Assembly (NCBI RefSeq): GCF_006345805.1
Contig: NC_043014.1
Coordinates: 32,178,001-32,242,000, forward strand
Reading direction: 5' to 3'
DNA length: 64,000 bases
Source: Octopus sinensis
Taxonomy: Eukaryota
Part shown: positions 26,994-39,495 of the stretch, piece after piece
Layout of the letters: each line of letters starts with the position of its first letter
Position numbering within the stretch: position 1 is the first letter of the stretch
Notes under the pieces: model-generated
Seen by the model: only the letters and a program-made list of their open reading frames with translations
Database searches by the model: none
What the model was told of the DNA's origin: nothing
Made by a program: the position numbers and the translations under genes

Positions 26994-27043
26994 TTTGTCA
27001 GTGAACAGGTCGCGGATTTTAGCGACGAAAATATTTTGACAAA
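26994..27043 (+). ncRNA. Hammerhead-like fold with G3:C8 core swap
   Basis: tttgtca GTGAACA g gtcgc-ggatttta-gcgac GAAA atattt tgacaaa: 7-bp stem I, 5-bp stem II, palindromic stem III. Confidence 0.6.
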
Positions 27044-27437
27044 TTAAACTTAAATGTTGAAGTGAATCGAACGGCTTTTGTGTGTTTCTTAAATGGCTTA
27101 TAAACACCTTCCACGCTGCAATTGTTGTTGTATATATATATATATATATATATGTACTACGTAAATTGTCTATCTAGATATATACTACATTAAGAACTTC
27201 AGAATTTGAGATGGTACTTGCTAAACTTGTTAGGTGTGAGACAGCTTGTAGAGTAAAGATTAACCTGGTCAACTCAATGGGTTTTTAACTTGTTACTCTA
27301 GCTTAGTGGGAATCAGTTCATGTTGACCACATGTATTGGCTGGATGGGAGCATCCTTGGGATTTATATAAGTAAGTAACAAAGTATTGTTCTTTGTATAC
27401 ATTTCCGTCTTTCATGATGTATTCTTTACATTCTTTT

Positions 27438-27655
27438 ATAATTCTATTTGTTTCAGTCATTAGACTGTGGCCATGCTGGGGCACCACCTTTAAGAATTTT
27501 AGTGGAATGAATCAAATCCAGTACTTATTTCTAACCCTGGTAATTATTTTATTGGTGTCTTTTGCTGAACTGCTAGGTTATGGAGACATAAATACACCAA
27601 CACTGGTTGTTAAGTAATGGTGAAAGACAAACACAGATAGACAGACAGACAGACA
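27438..27655 (-). mobile_element. SINE family A, tail half
   Basis: tgtttcagtcatt.gactgtggccatgctggggcacc; a similar piece lies at 25521-25650. Confidence 0.7.
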
Positions 27656-27764
27656 CCACACACACACACCACACACACATACACAAGAGTAAGTATATAA
27701 ATGTGAAACAAGGTGGAAGAAAATAGTACTCATATACCGGAGGTAGAGTAATATGCTTTATTAA

Positions 27765-27906
27765 TAAAGCTGCAAAAACATCACAAAAGCTGTTACTCAG
27801 AGTTTCATGTTCCCGTTCGTTGGACAGTTTTTCTCAACCAAAACTGTCTAATGAACAGGAACATGAAACTCTGTGTAACAGCTTTTGTGATATCTTTGCA
27901 GCTTTA
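27765..27906. mobile_element. 142-bp palindrome (67-bp arms, 6 mismatches, 8-nt spacer) with decayed HHRs
   Basis: Plus arm ctgt CTAATGA acaggaacat GAAA ctctgtg TA acag; minus arm has CCAACGA. Confidence 0.75.
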
Positions 27907-27941
27907 CATATATATACATGTGTGTGTGTGTGTGCATATAG

Positions 27942-28378
27942 TCTTTCTTTATTCTTTTACTTGTTCGAGTCATTTGACTGCAGCCATGCTGGAGCACCAC
28001 CTTGAATCAAATCAACCCCAGGACTTATTTCTTTTGTTAAGCCTAGTACTTATTCTATTGGTCTCTTTTGCTGAACTTCTAAGTTACAGGATGTAAACAC
28101 ACCAACATCAGTTGTCAAGAAGTGATGGTGATGGGGACAAACACAGACAGAAAGACACACACACATAGAAACACACATACATACACACTCACACACATAC
28201 ACACACATGCACATACGATGTGCTTTTTTCAGTTTCTGTCTATCAAATCCACTCACAAGACTTTGGCTGACTTAAGGCTAGAGTAGAAGACACTTACCAC
28301 AAGGTGCCATGCAGTGGGACTGAACCCAGAACAATGTTGTTGGGAAGCAAGCTTCTTACCACACAGACATGCCTATGC
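27942..28378 (-). mobile_element. SINE family A, full length
   Basis: Head and tail motifs. Confidence 0.8.
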
Positions 28379-28493
28379 CTATATCATCTATATGAATTTA
28401 ATAGTAAAATTGGTGCAAGCATATTTGATGTAGCAAACAAATCACTCTCATTAATTAATTAAATGCTTATAGTGAATTGAACCAATCATTAAT

Positions 28494-28707
28494 TAAATTT
28501 TCTAGTATTCTGAATAATTTGTCAAATATAATGCTTAATTATTCACATTTATTTGAACTAATCATGCATTATTTGAGAGCTTTGAGATTTTGATTATAAG
28601 ATTGTTCGTTTTTAGAAAGATATAATAGTGCGAGAGGCCAGATCAGGGCAGTTTGACCATAAAATAGAATATTTGGGCCAGATATGGATAGTTTAAATGT
28701 TAAAGGG
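28494..28707. mobile_element. piggyBac-type MITE, decayed left end
   Basis: Right end aatgttaaaggg-TTAA; left end degenerate. Confidence 0.5.
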
Positions 28708-28771
28708 TTAAAGACTGGTTCTGGCTGAGAGGGACAATAGAGACAATGACAGAATTCAAATGAATAAAATA

Positions 28772-29284
28772 CAGAAAAGTGTAGTGAGTAATTCTGATCT
28801 TTAGCAATATGGTGATAACTCTCAACATATTTCAGCCCAATCAGACCTCATCAGCAATGCTTAGTGTAAACCTATTGCTGGATCTCAGAATGATTTGAGA
28901 GATTAAAGATCTTTCACGTATGAACACCAAGTGGTATGATAATGATGAGAAATAACTGGGGAAAATACATGCAGGGACAGTGTAAATCAATCACAGATAG
29001 ACAGACAGACTAAGAACATTGAAGTGGAAGAAATACAGAAAAGTGAAGTGAGTAATTCTGATCTTTAATAATATGGTGATAACTCTCAACATATTTCAGC
29101 CCAATCAAACCTCATCAGCAATGCATAGTGTAAACCTATTGCTGGATCTCAGAATGATTTGAGAGATTAAAGAACTTTCAAGTATGAACACCAATGATGG
29201 GAAATAACTGGGGAAAATGCATGCAGGGACAGTGTAAATCAATCACAGATAGACAAACAGACAGACTAAGAACATCGAAGTGAA
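28772..29284. repeat. Tandem duplication of about 255 bp
   Basis: aaatacagaaaagtg...gaacat(t/c)gaagtg twice (28772 and 29031), with a 14-nt indel. Confidence 0.9.
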
Positions 29285-30500
29285 GACAGGGAAAGTTTAT
29301 TTGCTAATTGTGTTGTAGGGTGGGATTTCCTATTCAAATATCAAACTGTCTTTCCTGTTCTATGCAATAATTGTTCAAGTGAATAATAGTGTTAAGTGCA
29401 GGGGTAGTAGCATAAGTGGTGTTTCTGTTGTTGTTGTCACTGGTGTTGGTGGTGTTAATGTTGATGTTGTTGATGTTGGTGGGTTGGTGGTGGCCATGTC
29501 ATCAAGCTAACTCTAACTTTATTATATTTCATTACCTTCCAACTACCTCATATATATTTACTGACAGGATTGAAAATAAATATTTAATCATTAACAACAT
29601 GAGATATAATTATATTACAAACACACTCACATCCACACATACATAGCATGCATGTGAGATATATTTCTATACACACACATGCACACACACACACATATAC
29701 ACACACATGCACACATGCATGCAAATAGGCATTCACACACATTCACAAATGTTTGCACACAAACACACTGTTTCCCTCTCCTTCATTATCCTTGTTTTAT
29801 ATCTATTTTTCTATCCTAGTATTTGTTAGATTTGGTCTTATTCAGCTCACCAGCTTGCCACTTGTTGAAACCCCTTATCTTTCACATGGAGTTTTGTTTT
29901 CCTGAAATCAGCCCTCACCTTTTTTTCTCACGCTCTCTTTAGTCTTATTTTTCCAAAGGTCTCTTCTTTGATTGCTTGGCACTTTTTAACCTATCATTCT
30001 TCATATAACTCTCATGTTCATATGAACTCCATCTTCTCTCTTGCACACTACATTTGATTCTTCTTATCTCCAGCTTTTCTGTAATCTATATTTTGCTCTA
30101 TCATTTATACAATGATATGACACTTGGAGAGAAAATCCCATAAGCATTTGAAAGAATTTACTCCATGCATGATCCTACTGCTAACTACTCTTGAGTATCT
30201 ACTGCATCCAAAGTCTTTCTTCTCTGTCAGCCTACATGTGAAAGCATGTGGCTTAGTGGTTAGGGAATTCAGCCCATGATCATAGAGTCAAGAGTTAGAT
30301 TCCCAGTGGTACATTGTGTACTCGAGCAAGACATTTTATTTTATGTTGCACCTGAGTGAGTAGTGCTATAGTTAAAAGATATGTATAACCCAGCTTTGCC
30401 CAGGATTAAGTTAGGATTATTATGCTAATCAAGTTCTTTATTTCAAACCAAACGAAGTAACATCACCATCAAATTTTGCCAAAATCCGTTGAAATTGATT

Positions 30501-30531
<31 letters not shown>

Positions 30532-30704
30532 GGGGCAACACACACACGTACGTACGCCTATTGCATACATGTTTTTTGTACGCATGCATGATCGTGTGTG
30601 TGTGTGTGTGTTGCCCGTATATCAGCAAAACATTTTTTTCCTCAATTGCATTATGTCGTGCTTATGTCGTGCTAGAGAAGAAGACCCATCAAGCTGAGAA
30701 AAAT

Positions 30705-30933
30705 CAAAGCCATGGCAGATACCAGTGTCATGCAAATTGGCACCCATGCCAGAGGCACATAAAAGCACCCATTACACTCTAGGAGTTGTTGGCATTAGGA
30801 AGGGCATCCAGCTGTAGAAAACCATGCCAAATCAGACTGGAGTCTGGTGCAGCCTTCCAGCGTGCCAGCCCAGTCAAACCTTCCAACACATGCCAGCAAG
30901 GACAACAGACGTTAAATGATGATGATGATGATG
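30705..30933 (+). mobile_element. SINE family B
   Basis: Family B body and (GAT)n tail. Confidence 0.75.
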
Positions 30934-31035
30934 ATATATATATATATATATATATATATGTAAAGGTAAGTAGAGTTAGTGGTTAGAATAACAGTCTAAG
31001 GGATAAAATAAATATACATATATATATATATATAT

Positions 31036-31090
<55 letters not shown>

Positions 31091-31091
31091 G

Positions 31092-31280
31092 TTAATCCAA
31101 ACAAGAAAAACACAACAACGCGAGGACGTGGAACAAATATAGTATTATTCGACGCTCAGGAAAGAAGGGAAGGTTTAACGTTTTGAGCGGAGCTCTTCAT
31201 TGGAAACATAGGAGAAGGAAAGATCCAGAGAAGGGAAGACAGGGAAAAGAAAGTTACCAACGGTACACACGAGGTCACAT
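31092..31280 (-). mobile_element. PLE-type terminal fragment with decayed minimal HHR (31173-31207) in (TA)n
   Basis: Minus: gttt CCAATGA a gagc-tcc-gctc AAAA CGTT aaac. Confidence 0.55.
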
Positions 31281-31649
31281 ATATATATATAATATATATA
31301 TGAAGTAGAATGAACAAAAATGTGAAAACTGAATGTAGTGTAAGTTATTAGTAGAAATAGTACATAGGTTTTCATAAGTTTATGTTTCATGCTAATTAGG
31401 GCATTCTTTTTTAGATGGATGCGATCTCAGGGAAGGCTTCCTTTTGAAAAATAAATCTTTAATCAAATCACATCTATCTATTTATCATGAACTGGAAGCC
31501 GTGGATATTAGTAGTACTGTTTTAATATTTATCTGCTGTAATATACTAAATATGCACGTGTGTGTAGGCATATAAGTCTAAATGTATGTATATATGTATG
31601 CATGCATACATGTATGTATATATGTATATATGTATGTATGCATGTATGT

Positions 31650-31678
31650 ATAGATAGATAGATAGTTAGTTAGTTAGT

Positions 31679-31749
<71 letters not shown>

Positions 31750-31870
31750 GTATGTGTGTATGTATATATATGGGCATATATACAACTGTTAGGCAATTTA
31801 GATACAGCAACCATAAATAAAAGTTGAAGTATGACTGTTGCTCATGAATAAATCATCAAATGATAATAAT

Positions 31871-31964
<94 letters not shown>

Positions 31965-31990
31965 GAAGAAGAAGAAGAAGAAGAAGAATG
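31650..31990. repeat. (GATA)n, (AAT)n and (GAA)n microsatellites
   Basis: Direct reading. Confidence 0.9.
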
Positions 31991-32314
31991 TATGCGAATA
32001 TGTGAGACTGTTGCTATCAATTTTATAAGCATTGATATCAATGAGATATCGTATAGATGACATAAATCATGGACAGATATCAGGGACATGGAATATATCT
32101 GACTATTTAACCTCTCACCTCTATTCAATAACTATTTCATGAAACTACTTTAACATTAGCTGGACTTACTCCAGCCAACATATTCTCTCTCTCTTTCTTT
32201 CTTTCTTACTACCGCTTCCTCTCTGTCTTCACCCATCTTATTTTCTGTTTGTAATTCCCTCTCTCTTAATTTTACTATATCAGTCTCCCTCTCTCCCTCT
32301 CCTCCTCTCTCTCC

Positions 32315-32373
<59 letters not shown>

Positions 32374-32378
32374 CCTAC

Positions 32379-32449
<71 letters not shown>

Positions 32450-32454
32450 CCTAC

Positions 32455-32490
<36 letters not shown>

Positions 32491-32503
32491 TTCTATCTAT
32501 AAA

Positions 32504-32559
<56 letters not shown>

Positions 32560-32560
32560 C
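32315..32560. repeat. (CTAT)n/(CT)n/(TA)n microsatellite
   Basis: Direct reading. Confidence 0.9.
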
Positions 32561-32805
32561 TACCTACATATTTTTCTCTCATACAGATTTGATCCTCAAA
32601 TGTCCTCTGTGTTTCTCTCACTGTGATTCTTTCCTCACACCTTTACTCGCTCACTCTCTTTAAGTTCACTCTCTTTCTTTATAGTCCTCTTTCTCTCTTT
32701 CAGTCTCATATCTGATGAAATCATTGATAACAAGTCCCTCCATACCTCCCCTTCTTTTTGGCGACATATCAGAGAGAAAACTGGACAGTAAAGCATTTGG
32801 GAAGG

Positions 32806-32842
<37 letters not shown>

Positions 32843-33380
32843 TGGCAGGAAGAGAAAGAGAGAGAAAGGTAGGGATAGAGAAATAGAAAGACAGAAGAGA
32901 GAGAGAGAGAGAGAGAGTGAGAGAGAGAAAAGGCAGAAAAGGGGAGAGAAAGGCAGAAAGAGAAAGAAATAAAGATGATGAAAAAATGATGAGCTGAGCT
33001 AAAAAGGTGAGAGAAAGAGAGAGTGAGAGTGAGAGAGAGAGTGTGTGTGTGTGAGAGAGAGAGGGAGAGAGAGAGAGAGAATTATAAAGTGGGAGAAACC
33101 GTACAATATTAGAACAAAGAGAAATTGTCAAAGAGACAGAGACAGAGAGAGGGGAGAAAGAAAGATTGATGGAGGAAAAAGAGAGAAACACAAACCTGTG
33201 ATATAGTGGTCTTGACTCACAAACCTTGTGACTCGACTCATAAATATTATGACTCAATGTCGCGCATGACTCACTGGTGTCTTTCCACCATCACCACCCA
33301 CCACCACCACCACCACCACTGCCACTGCCACCACCAACACCATCACAATCAAATATACCATATGTAAAAACAGAAGTATG

Positions 33381-33427
<47 letters not shown>

Positions 33428-33633
33428 ATACATATATATATGGGTGTGTATATATACATATATATATATATACACATACACACATACGTACATGCATATT
33501 TATACATACACACATATATATGTACATCAGTCATAGGACAGTTGTCATGCTGGGACACAATCTTTAGGGATTTTCAGGTCAATCAAATGAACCCAGTACG
33601 GGTTTATTGATCCCTCTTTAGTAAATAAATAAG

Positions 33634-33957
33634 TGGAGGCAAGTGACTTATTGGATAGAGTGTTGGACTCATGATCGGGAGATTGTGGTTTCAATTCCTG
33701 GACAGGGCGACGCATTGTGTTCTTGAGCAAAACACTTCATTTCACATTGCTCCAGTCCACTCTGCTGACAAAAATGAGTAATCCTGCAATGGACCAGCAT
33801 CCCGTCCTCCGCCGAGGTCGACTTTGCCTTTCATCCTTTCGGGGTCGATAAATAAAGTACCAGTTTCGTACTGGGGTCGATCTAATCAACTTAATACCTG
33901 TGTCTGTCCTTGTTTGTCCCCTCTATATTTAGCCCCTTGTGGGTAGTAAAGAAATAT
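33634..33957 (+). mobile_element. SINE C-variant head joined to SINE D 3' half
   Basis: C-type head at 33634-33808; gaggtcgactttgcctttcatcctttcggggtcgataaa from about 33808. Confidence 0.65.
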
Positions 33958-34256
33958 ATATAAGCCATAGAAACTGGGAAACTGTCCCTTATCTCAATCA
34001 TAAGTACAGGAACAAAATTTGCTTATGTGGGTGAGGATCCAGATCCAACTCAGGATGTTCAAATTGTTTCCATTGTCCCTGCACTGCAAAAGAATTTCAA
34101 GGGTACAAGTGTACCCCTGCACCATCCTGTTCTTGAGCATATGGTTTCAATACATGTTTTTTACACTATCAAAAAAATACACACGAACATATACACATAA
34201 TATACATACATACACATAGTAAGGACCACAGAGTATAATCGCTTTCTTTTCTAGTG

Positions 34257-34582
34257 GATGTGCATGACTCAGTGGTTAAGGTGTTGGGCTCACAATCATG
34301 AGGTAGTGAGTTCGATTCCAGTCTGGGCTGTGTGTTGTGTTCTTAAGTAAGATACTTTAATACACGTTGCTCCAGTTAACTCAGCTGTAGAAATGAGTTG
34401 TGGCATCACTGGTGCCAAGCTGTATTGGTCTCTGATAACATTGGTGGTGTGGAGAGGGGAGGCTGGTATGCATGAGTGACTGCTGGTCTTCCATAAACAA
34501 ACTTACCCAGACTTGTGCCTCGGAGGGGAACTTTCTAGGGTCAGTCCCATGGCCATTCATGACCAAGGAGGGTCTTTACCTT
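34257..34582 (+). mobile_element. SINE family C
   Basis: Near copy of 6652-6990. Confidence 0.8.
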
Positions 34583-34589
34583 TTTAGGT

Positions 34590-34928
34590 ATAGATGTGGG
34601 CATATGGTAAAAAGTTTGGTCCCCAGCCACATAGTTCTGGGTTCAATCCCACTGAATTGTACCTTGGGCAAGTGTCTTCTACTATATGCAGCTTTGGGGT
34701 GACCAAGACCGTGCGTATAGATATGGTGGCTGAAAACTGAAAGAAGCCCATATATATATATGCATGTGTGTTTTTTGTGTCTCTGTTGATCACCACTTGA
34801 TAACTTGTGTTGGTGGATTTACAACCCCATAACTTAATAAGTACTGGAATCATTTCCTTTGACTAAAATTCTTCAAGGCAGTGCTCCAGCATGGCTGCAG
34901 TCTAATTACTGAAACAAGTGAAAGAAAA
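34590..34928 (+). mobile_element. SINE family A
   Basis: Head and tail motifs. Confidence 0.75.
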
Positions 34929-35551
34929 ATTAATATATATATATATGCAGAAGTCACCAGTATCAAGGCTGTGCCATTAGACTCATAGTTCTTTCGCAGA
35001 GTATGTTACATCTCCAGATTAGAAGTTCATGACCTGTCTGAAGATCATGTTGTGTGATGAACTCTCCCTTGGACACCATCATAGAAGACATCCAAGAAAA
35101 TGCACAAGGACACTCATCAAGAACCCTATGAAACCATTATACAAAGAATTGTCAATGATCTACCTTACCCTCCAATTATGAGGCCTGAAAAGATACTAGT
35201 CATCTGTTTGTCTCTTTGAGAAGACATGGAGGGCTGATCTTGAGAATGATAATAGAAAGAATAAAATAGAACTGTGACATAGCAACACTGAACCCAGCAA
35301 AAAGTGTCCTTTGCATAACTGTTCTTTATTGATTTCATTGACCACTGTGATTCTGTAGTTGACATGGACAGCCCCTTTCATGGTTCTTCATTTGCAGAGT
35401 TGTATGGGTGCTATCCAAATGCACACTATGTCTTGAACATTTTTAGAGTTAGTGAAGTCCATTCCTCACCAGGTCTGACCACAGCTGATTTCTTCCAGAA
35501 AAAACGAACACAAACAGACAGAAAGATAGATAGATAGGTAGATAGACAGAC

Positions 35552-35584
<33 letters not shown>

Positions 35585-35896
35585 AGAGAGAGTGAAAAGT
35601 CACTGAAAGGATGAAAGGTAATATTGAACACAGCAGGATTTGAACTCAGTGCATAGAGTGGTATAATGATTACTGCAAAGCAATCTATCCAGTGCTTTAA
35701 GCACTCAGCCAATTGGCCTGTTACACACACACACACATACATATCTGCATGCATGCACACACATATGTATAAATATATATATGTATACATACATACATAT
35801 ACATAGATAGATAAAACTTACTTGTAAAAGGATGTGTGGCGTTCGATCATATAATATAAATAATATATAAATACATGCATGTATTTATATATTATT

Positions 35897-35937
<41 letters not shown>

Positions 35938-35942
35938 CATAC

Positions 35943-35992
<50 letters not shown>

Positions 35993-36633
35993 CATACATA
36001 CATATGTGTGTGTATATATATATCATCATCATCATCATCGTTTAGCATCCACTTTCCATGCTAGCAGAGAGAGAGAGTGAGATAGATAGATAGATAGATA
36101 GATAGATTCTAAAATTGCCATATTTTCACATTTTACCTTTATTTCTGATATATTTTCAAATGTACTTTTTTGATTTCAATAATCATCAGATAAATATTGA
36201 GATGGCTATAACAACTATAACTAGATAGCATTACTTATAGCTAAAAAAGAGATGAATCCATAAAATATTTTCAATATCAAAAAAAATAGGGGATGGGTAT
36301 GCTATTTTGGTATTAATATAAATTGAATTCAGAACTAGTTTAAATTTCTCAATAAGTTTCTTATCTCTTATCCTTCCTTTAACTTCACTTGAATGATAAA
36401 GTTTGCAAATTGATAATATTGAAAATTTTCTTTTGCAATATGTTTCCGAATGACTACTGAGTGGGATCTGTCCAGTATTAAGGCCTGTAATTTGTTGATG
36501 TCTACTTGAATGAACTACAATAATCAATTGCTAGTCTGACCAAAAATATTTCTTTACAATTTGAGCATTTGATACAGTAAATCAGATTTCTACAGTAAGA
36601 AATGTTTTCAACATTCCGTTTATGTTAATTGTA

Positions 36634-37885
36634 TTGGGTCATCTTATAAATAATGTTTTTTATACTTCTTTTATTTTTCAAAATTGAGATAAACAAAGTC
36701 CTTTTTTAATCTAAAATTTACTCTCTTTCATTCTCTACAATGCTCTTCCATTTATCTGGTAGACTTGCAAGGCCCCTCTTCCAAAATTCACTTGTCCATG
36801 ATAAAAAATACTCCTCCAGTATTGTTCTGACCTCATCTACAGAATTTCTATTTTTTCCATCCAAATGATTTTGAAGACTGCAGAATAAATGATAATCAGA
36901 TGGGGCAATGTCCAGCAAATATGGTAGGTGGGACATCGTTTCCCATTCAAATTGCTCCAGCCTCTGGAACGCCATCCTCACTGTATGTGTCTGAGCATTA
37001 TCCTGATAGAAGAATACCATTCGTCTTGAAACCAAAGATGGTTGTTTTCCTTTAGTGCTGAGTTAAGCCGCTCAAGCTGTTCACAGTAGATCTCCTTTAT
37101 TATCATTTGTTTTGGGTTTAAAAGTTCAAAGTGGACTAAACCTTTCATATCCCACCAAACAGATAACAACACCTTACATGGGTAAGGAACTTCCTTAGCC
37201 TGGGGTGCCGGTGTTTTTCCTTTCCCTACCCACTGTCTGGCACTTGACATTTTTATAGAGAACCCATTTCATGTCACCTGTTACTATTTGGTCCAAAAAC
37301 AGTTCATTTGTGAGATGTGACAGCATGTGATTGGACTTGGAAAATTTGTGAGGAACCTATTGACCCAATTTGATGACTTTTCTGATGATATGCAGGTGTC
37401 GATAAATGGTTGAATGACCAGATCGAAGCTTCTCTGTGAGTTTCTCAATAACTGCGATGGGATTTTGTTCCACCAGGTTTGCAGGATGTCCTCATCAAGC
37501 TCTGCAGATCTTCCAGGATGAGGCTTGTCTTCGAGGCTGTAGTTTCTGGCTCGGAATTTCTGGAACCACCGTTGACACTGGCTTATGCTTATTGTCCAAT
37601 CCCCATATACTGCATTAATATTCCTTGCACTTTCTGTTGCATTGTTGCTTTTATTAAACTCATAAAGCAAAATATGCCGAATATACTCCTTTGTCACTTT
37701 CATTATAGCTTTGAAAAAATAACTGTTAAAATCGAACTGGACTCTTCAAAACTTGCACTAAGAATAAGGATAAAGTAAAATTACTATCTGCTTTTATAAC
37801 AAGTTGATGCAGGTAGTTTATCGCTCCCCATTCCGACGTTTAGTTCATTCAATTGAAAAACCCTTATTATTTATGGATGACCCAA
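36634..37885 (-). mobile_element. Full-length inactive mariner (DD34D), 1252 bp
   Basis: TIRs ttgggtcatc.tataaataat / attatttatggatgacccaa with TA TSDs; three broken ORFs: IRHILLYEF..QRWFQKF, LLSVWWDMKG, QDNAQTH..(34 aa)..APSDYHLF. Confidence 0.92.
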
Positions 37886-39159
37886 TATAATACTTTAAAC
37901 TGATAAGAAGTTAAACAAATATATATAAGGCTGAAATTGGTGTTGTGGTGTTATTGGTTTCCTTTGTGCTATAGACTATGTTGTTAATAAGTTGGGTTCT
38001 GAATATTATATTTGCTTACCAAATTGTAATACATATGGTTTGGGGAAGTGTTTTTGTGGATGCAACTTTTCAACATAACTCAGATCTTGGCTTGTCATTG
38101 CCCTGTGTTCATATACAAATTTAGCATCTTGCACTTGTATTTACATGCATGCTTGAATGATCCCAATACATAATATTAAACCAGCTCTTATTTTCATATA
38201 ACAAATATAACCAATTTAAAAGCAAGTGTTACCAACCAAACTTAAAGTAAATGTCACCCAACTAAAACACTGTTTTACTTGCTCTCCCTTTTCCTTTTGC
38301 CACTACCCTATGAATATTAGCCTTGTCTTTCCATTTTCCCCTCACTTTTCAACCTCTACTCTTCTTATTCTACTTCTCTCCATGATTCATTATCTCTTCT
38401 CACCTAATGAAATAATTCATAAAGATGTCTTGAAAATACATTGTTAAACACACTTACACTACAAGTACTAAGCTCCAACCACATGATGAACCCAAAAATA
38501 TATAAAACTCTTATGAATCAAAATAACTTATGGTCTGACAAAGGCAGCAGAGCTGAAATATCATAGTCGGTGTCAACTATATTTTTGTATACACACACAC
38601 AAAACAAGAATGCATATATATGGATATGTCCCCCTACACCATTTAGGCAAATGGTACATAAGTCCAGTGTAATACAATTACTTTTACTTAACAGATCCTG
38701 TTCTATTTAACATTATCCTGAGACAAATCAAAGAACAAATAGATCTATCATCTCCAAACAATATCTGGACAAATTTAATCAAAGGAAGCTAGACAAGACA
38801 CCTATACCCAGATACATTTCAGTCAACAACAACTTGAATGGAAGATGATACAACAAAACTTGACTTTAAAATGTTTTAGCAGATTCTGGCAGTTAGTACT
38901 ATTATGTTAGACATGGCCTGATCCAATTTTTGCTGAAACATGTCAAAGTTTATATATATATATATATATATATATTTCACTTTTGGATCCCTAGATATAA
39001 CAATTCACACACACACACATATATATATACATAAGTGTATGTATATTTATACAAACACACACACATATACATACATATATGATGATGATCATCATCATCA
39101 TCACCATCACCACCATCACCACCATCATCATCACCATTACTATCACCACCATCACGATC

Positions 39160-39204
<45 letters not shown>

Positions 39205-39205
<1 letters not shown>

Positions 39206-39445
39206 CTATCATCATCGTCATTTAATGTCCGTGTTCCATGCTAGCATGGGTGGGATGGTACCACAAAAGCCAACCAGGCCAAAGCCTGCACCAGACTTCT
39301 ATGACTATTTTGGCAGGATTTTTACAGCAGGATGCCCTTCTGAACACCAACCACTCAGCAGAGTGGACTAAGTGCTTTTTATGCGGTACAAGCACAGGTG
39401 AGGTGAGTAGTGCTTTTTACATGGCACAAGCACAGGCGAGGTCAG
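39205..39445 (-). mobile_element. SINE family B
   Basis: (CAT)n tail and family B body. Confidence 0.7.
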
Positions 39446-39495
39446 TTTTGGCAGAGAATGAAAGAGAACTTGATATTATGTAAATAGAGGAATTA

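Larger units (their letters stand above)
26829..27126. mobile_element. Perfect 298-bp zero-spacer palindrome (149-bp arms) with a one-sided 58-nt tail, inside (TA)n
   Basis: Arms checked base by base; centre ctc|gag at 26977/26978. Confidence 0.95.

Noticed and set aside
26848-27107. Identical 63-aa ORFs on both strands
   Set aside because: Direct consequence of the perfect palindrome; no protein signature
28826-28858. Minus-strand CTGATGA..GAAA in the tandem duplication
   Set aside because: Stem II is mostly G-U and there is no stem I complementarity
36231-36527. 98-aa minus-strand ORF beside the mariner
   Set aside because: No recognisable domain; an overlapping frame is equally open; cannot be supported
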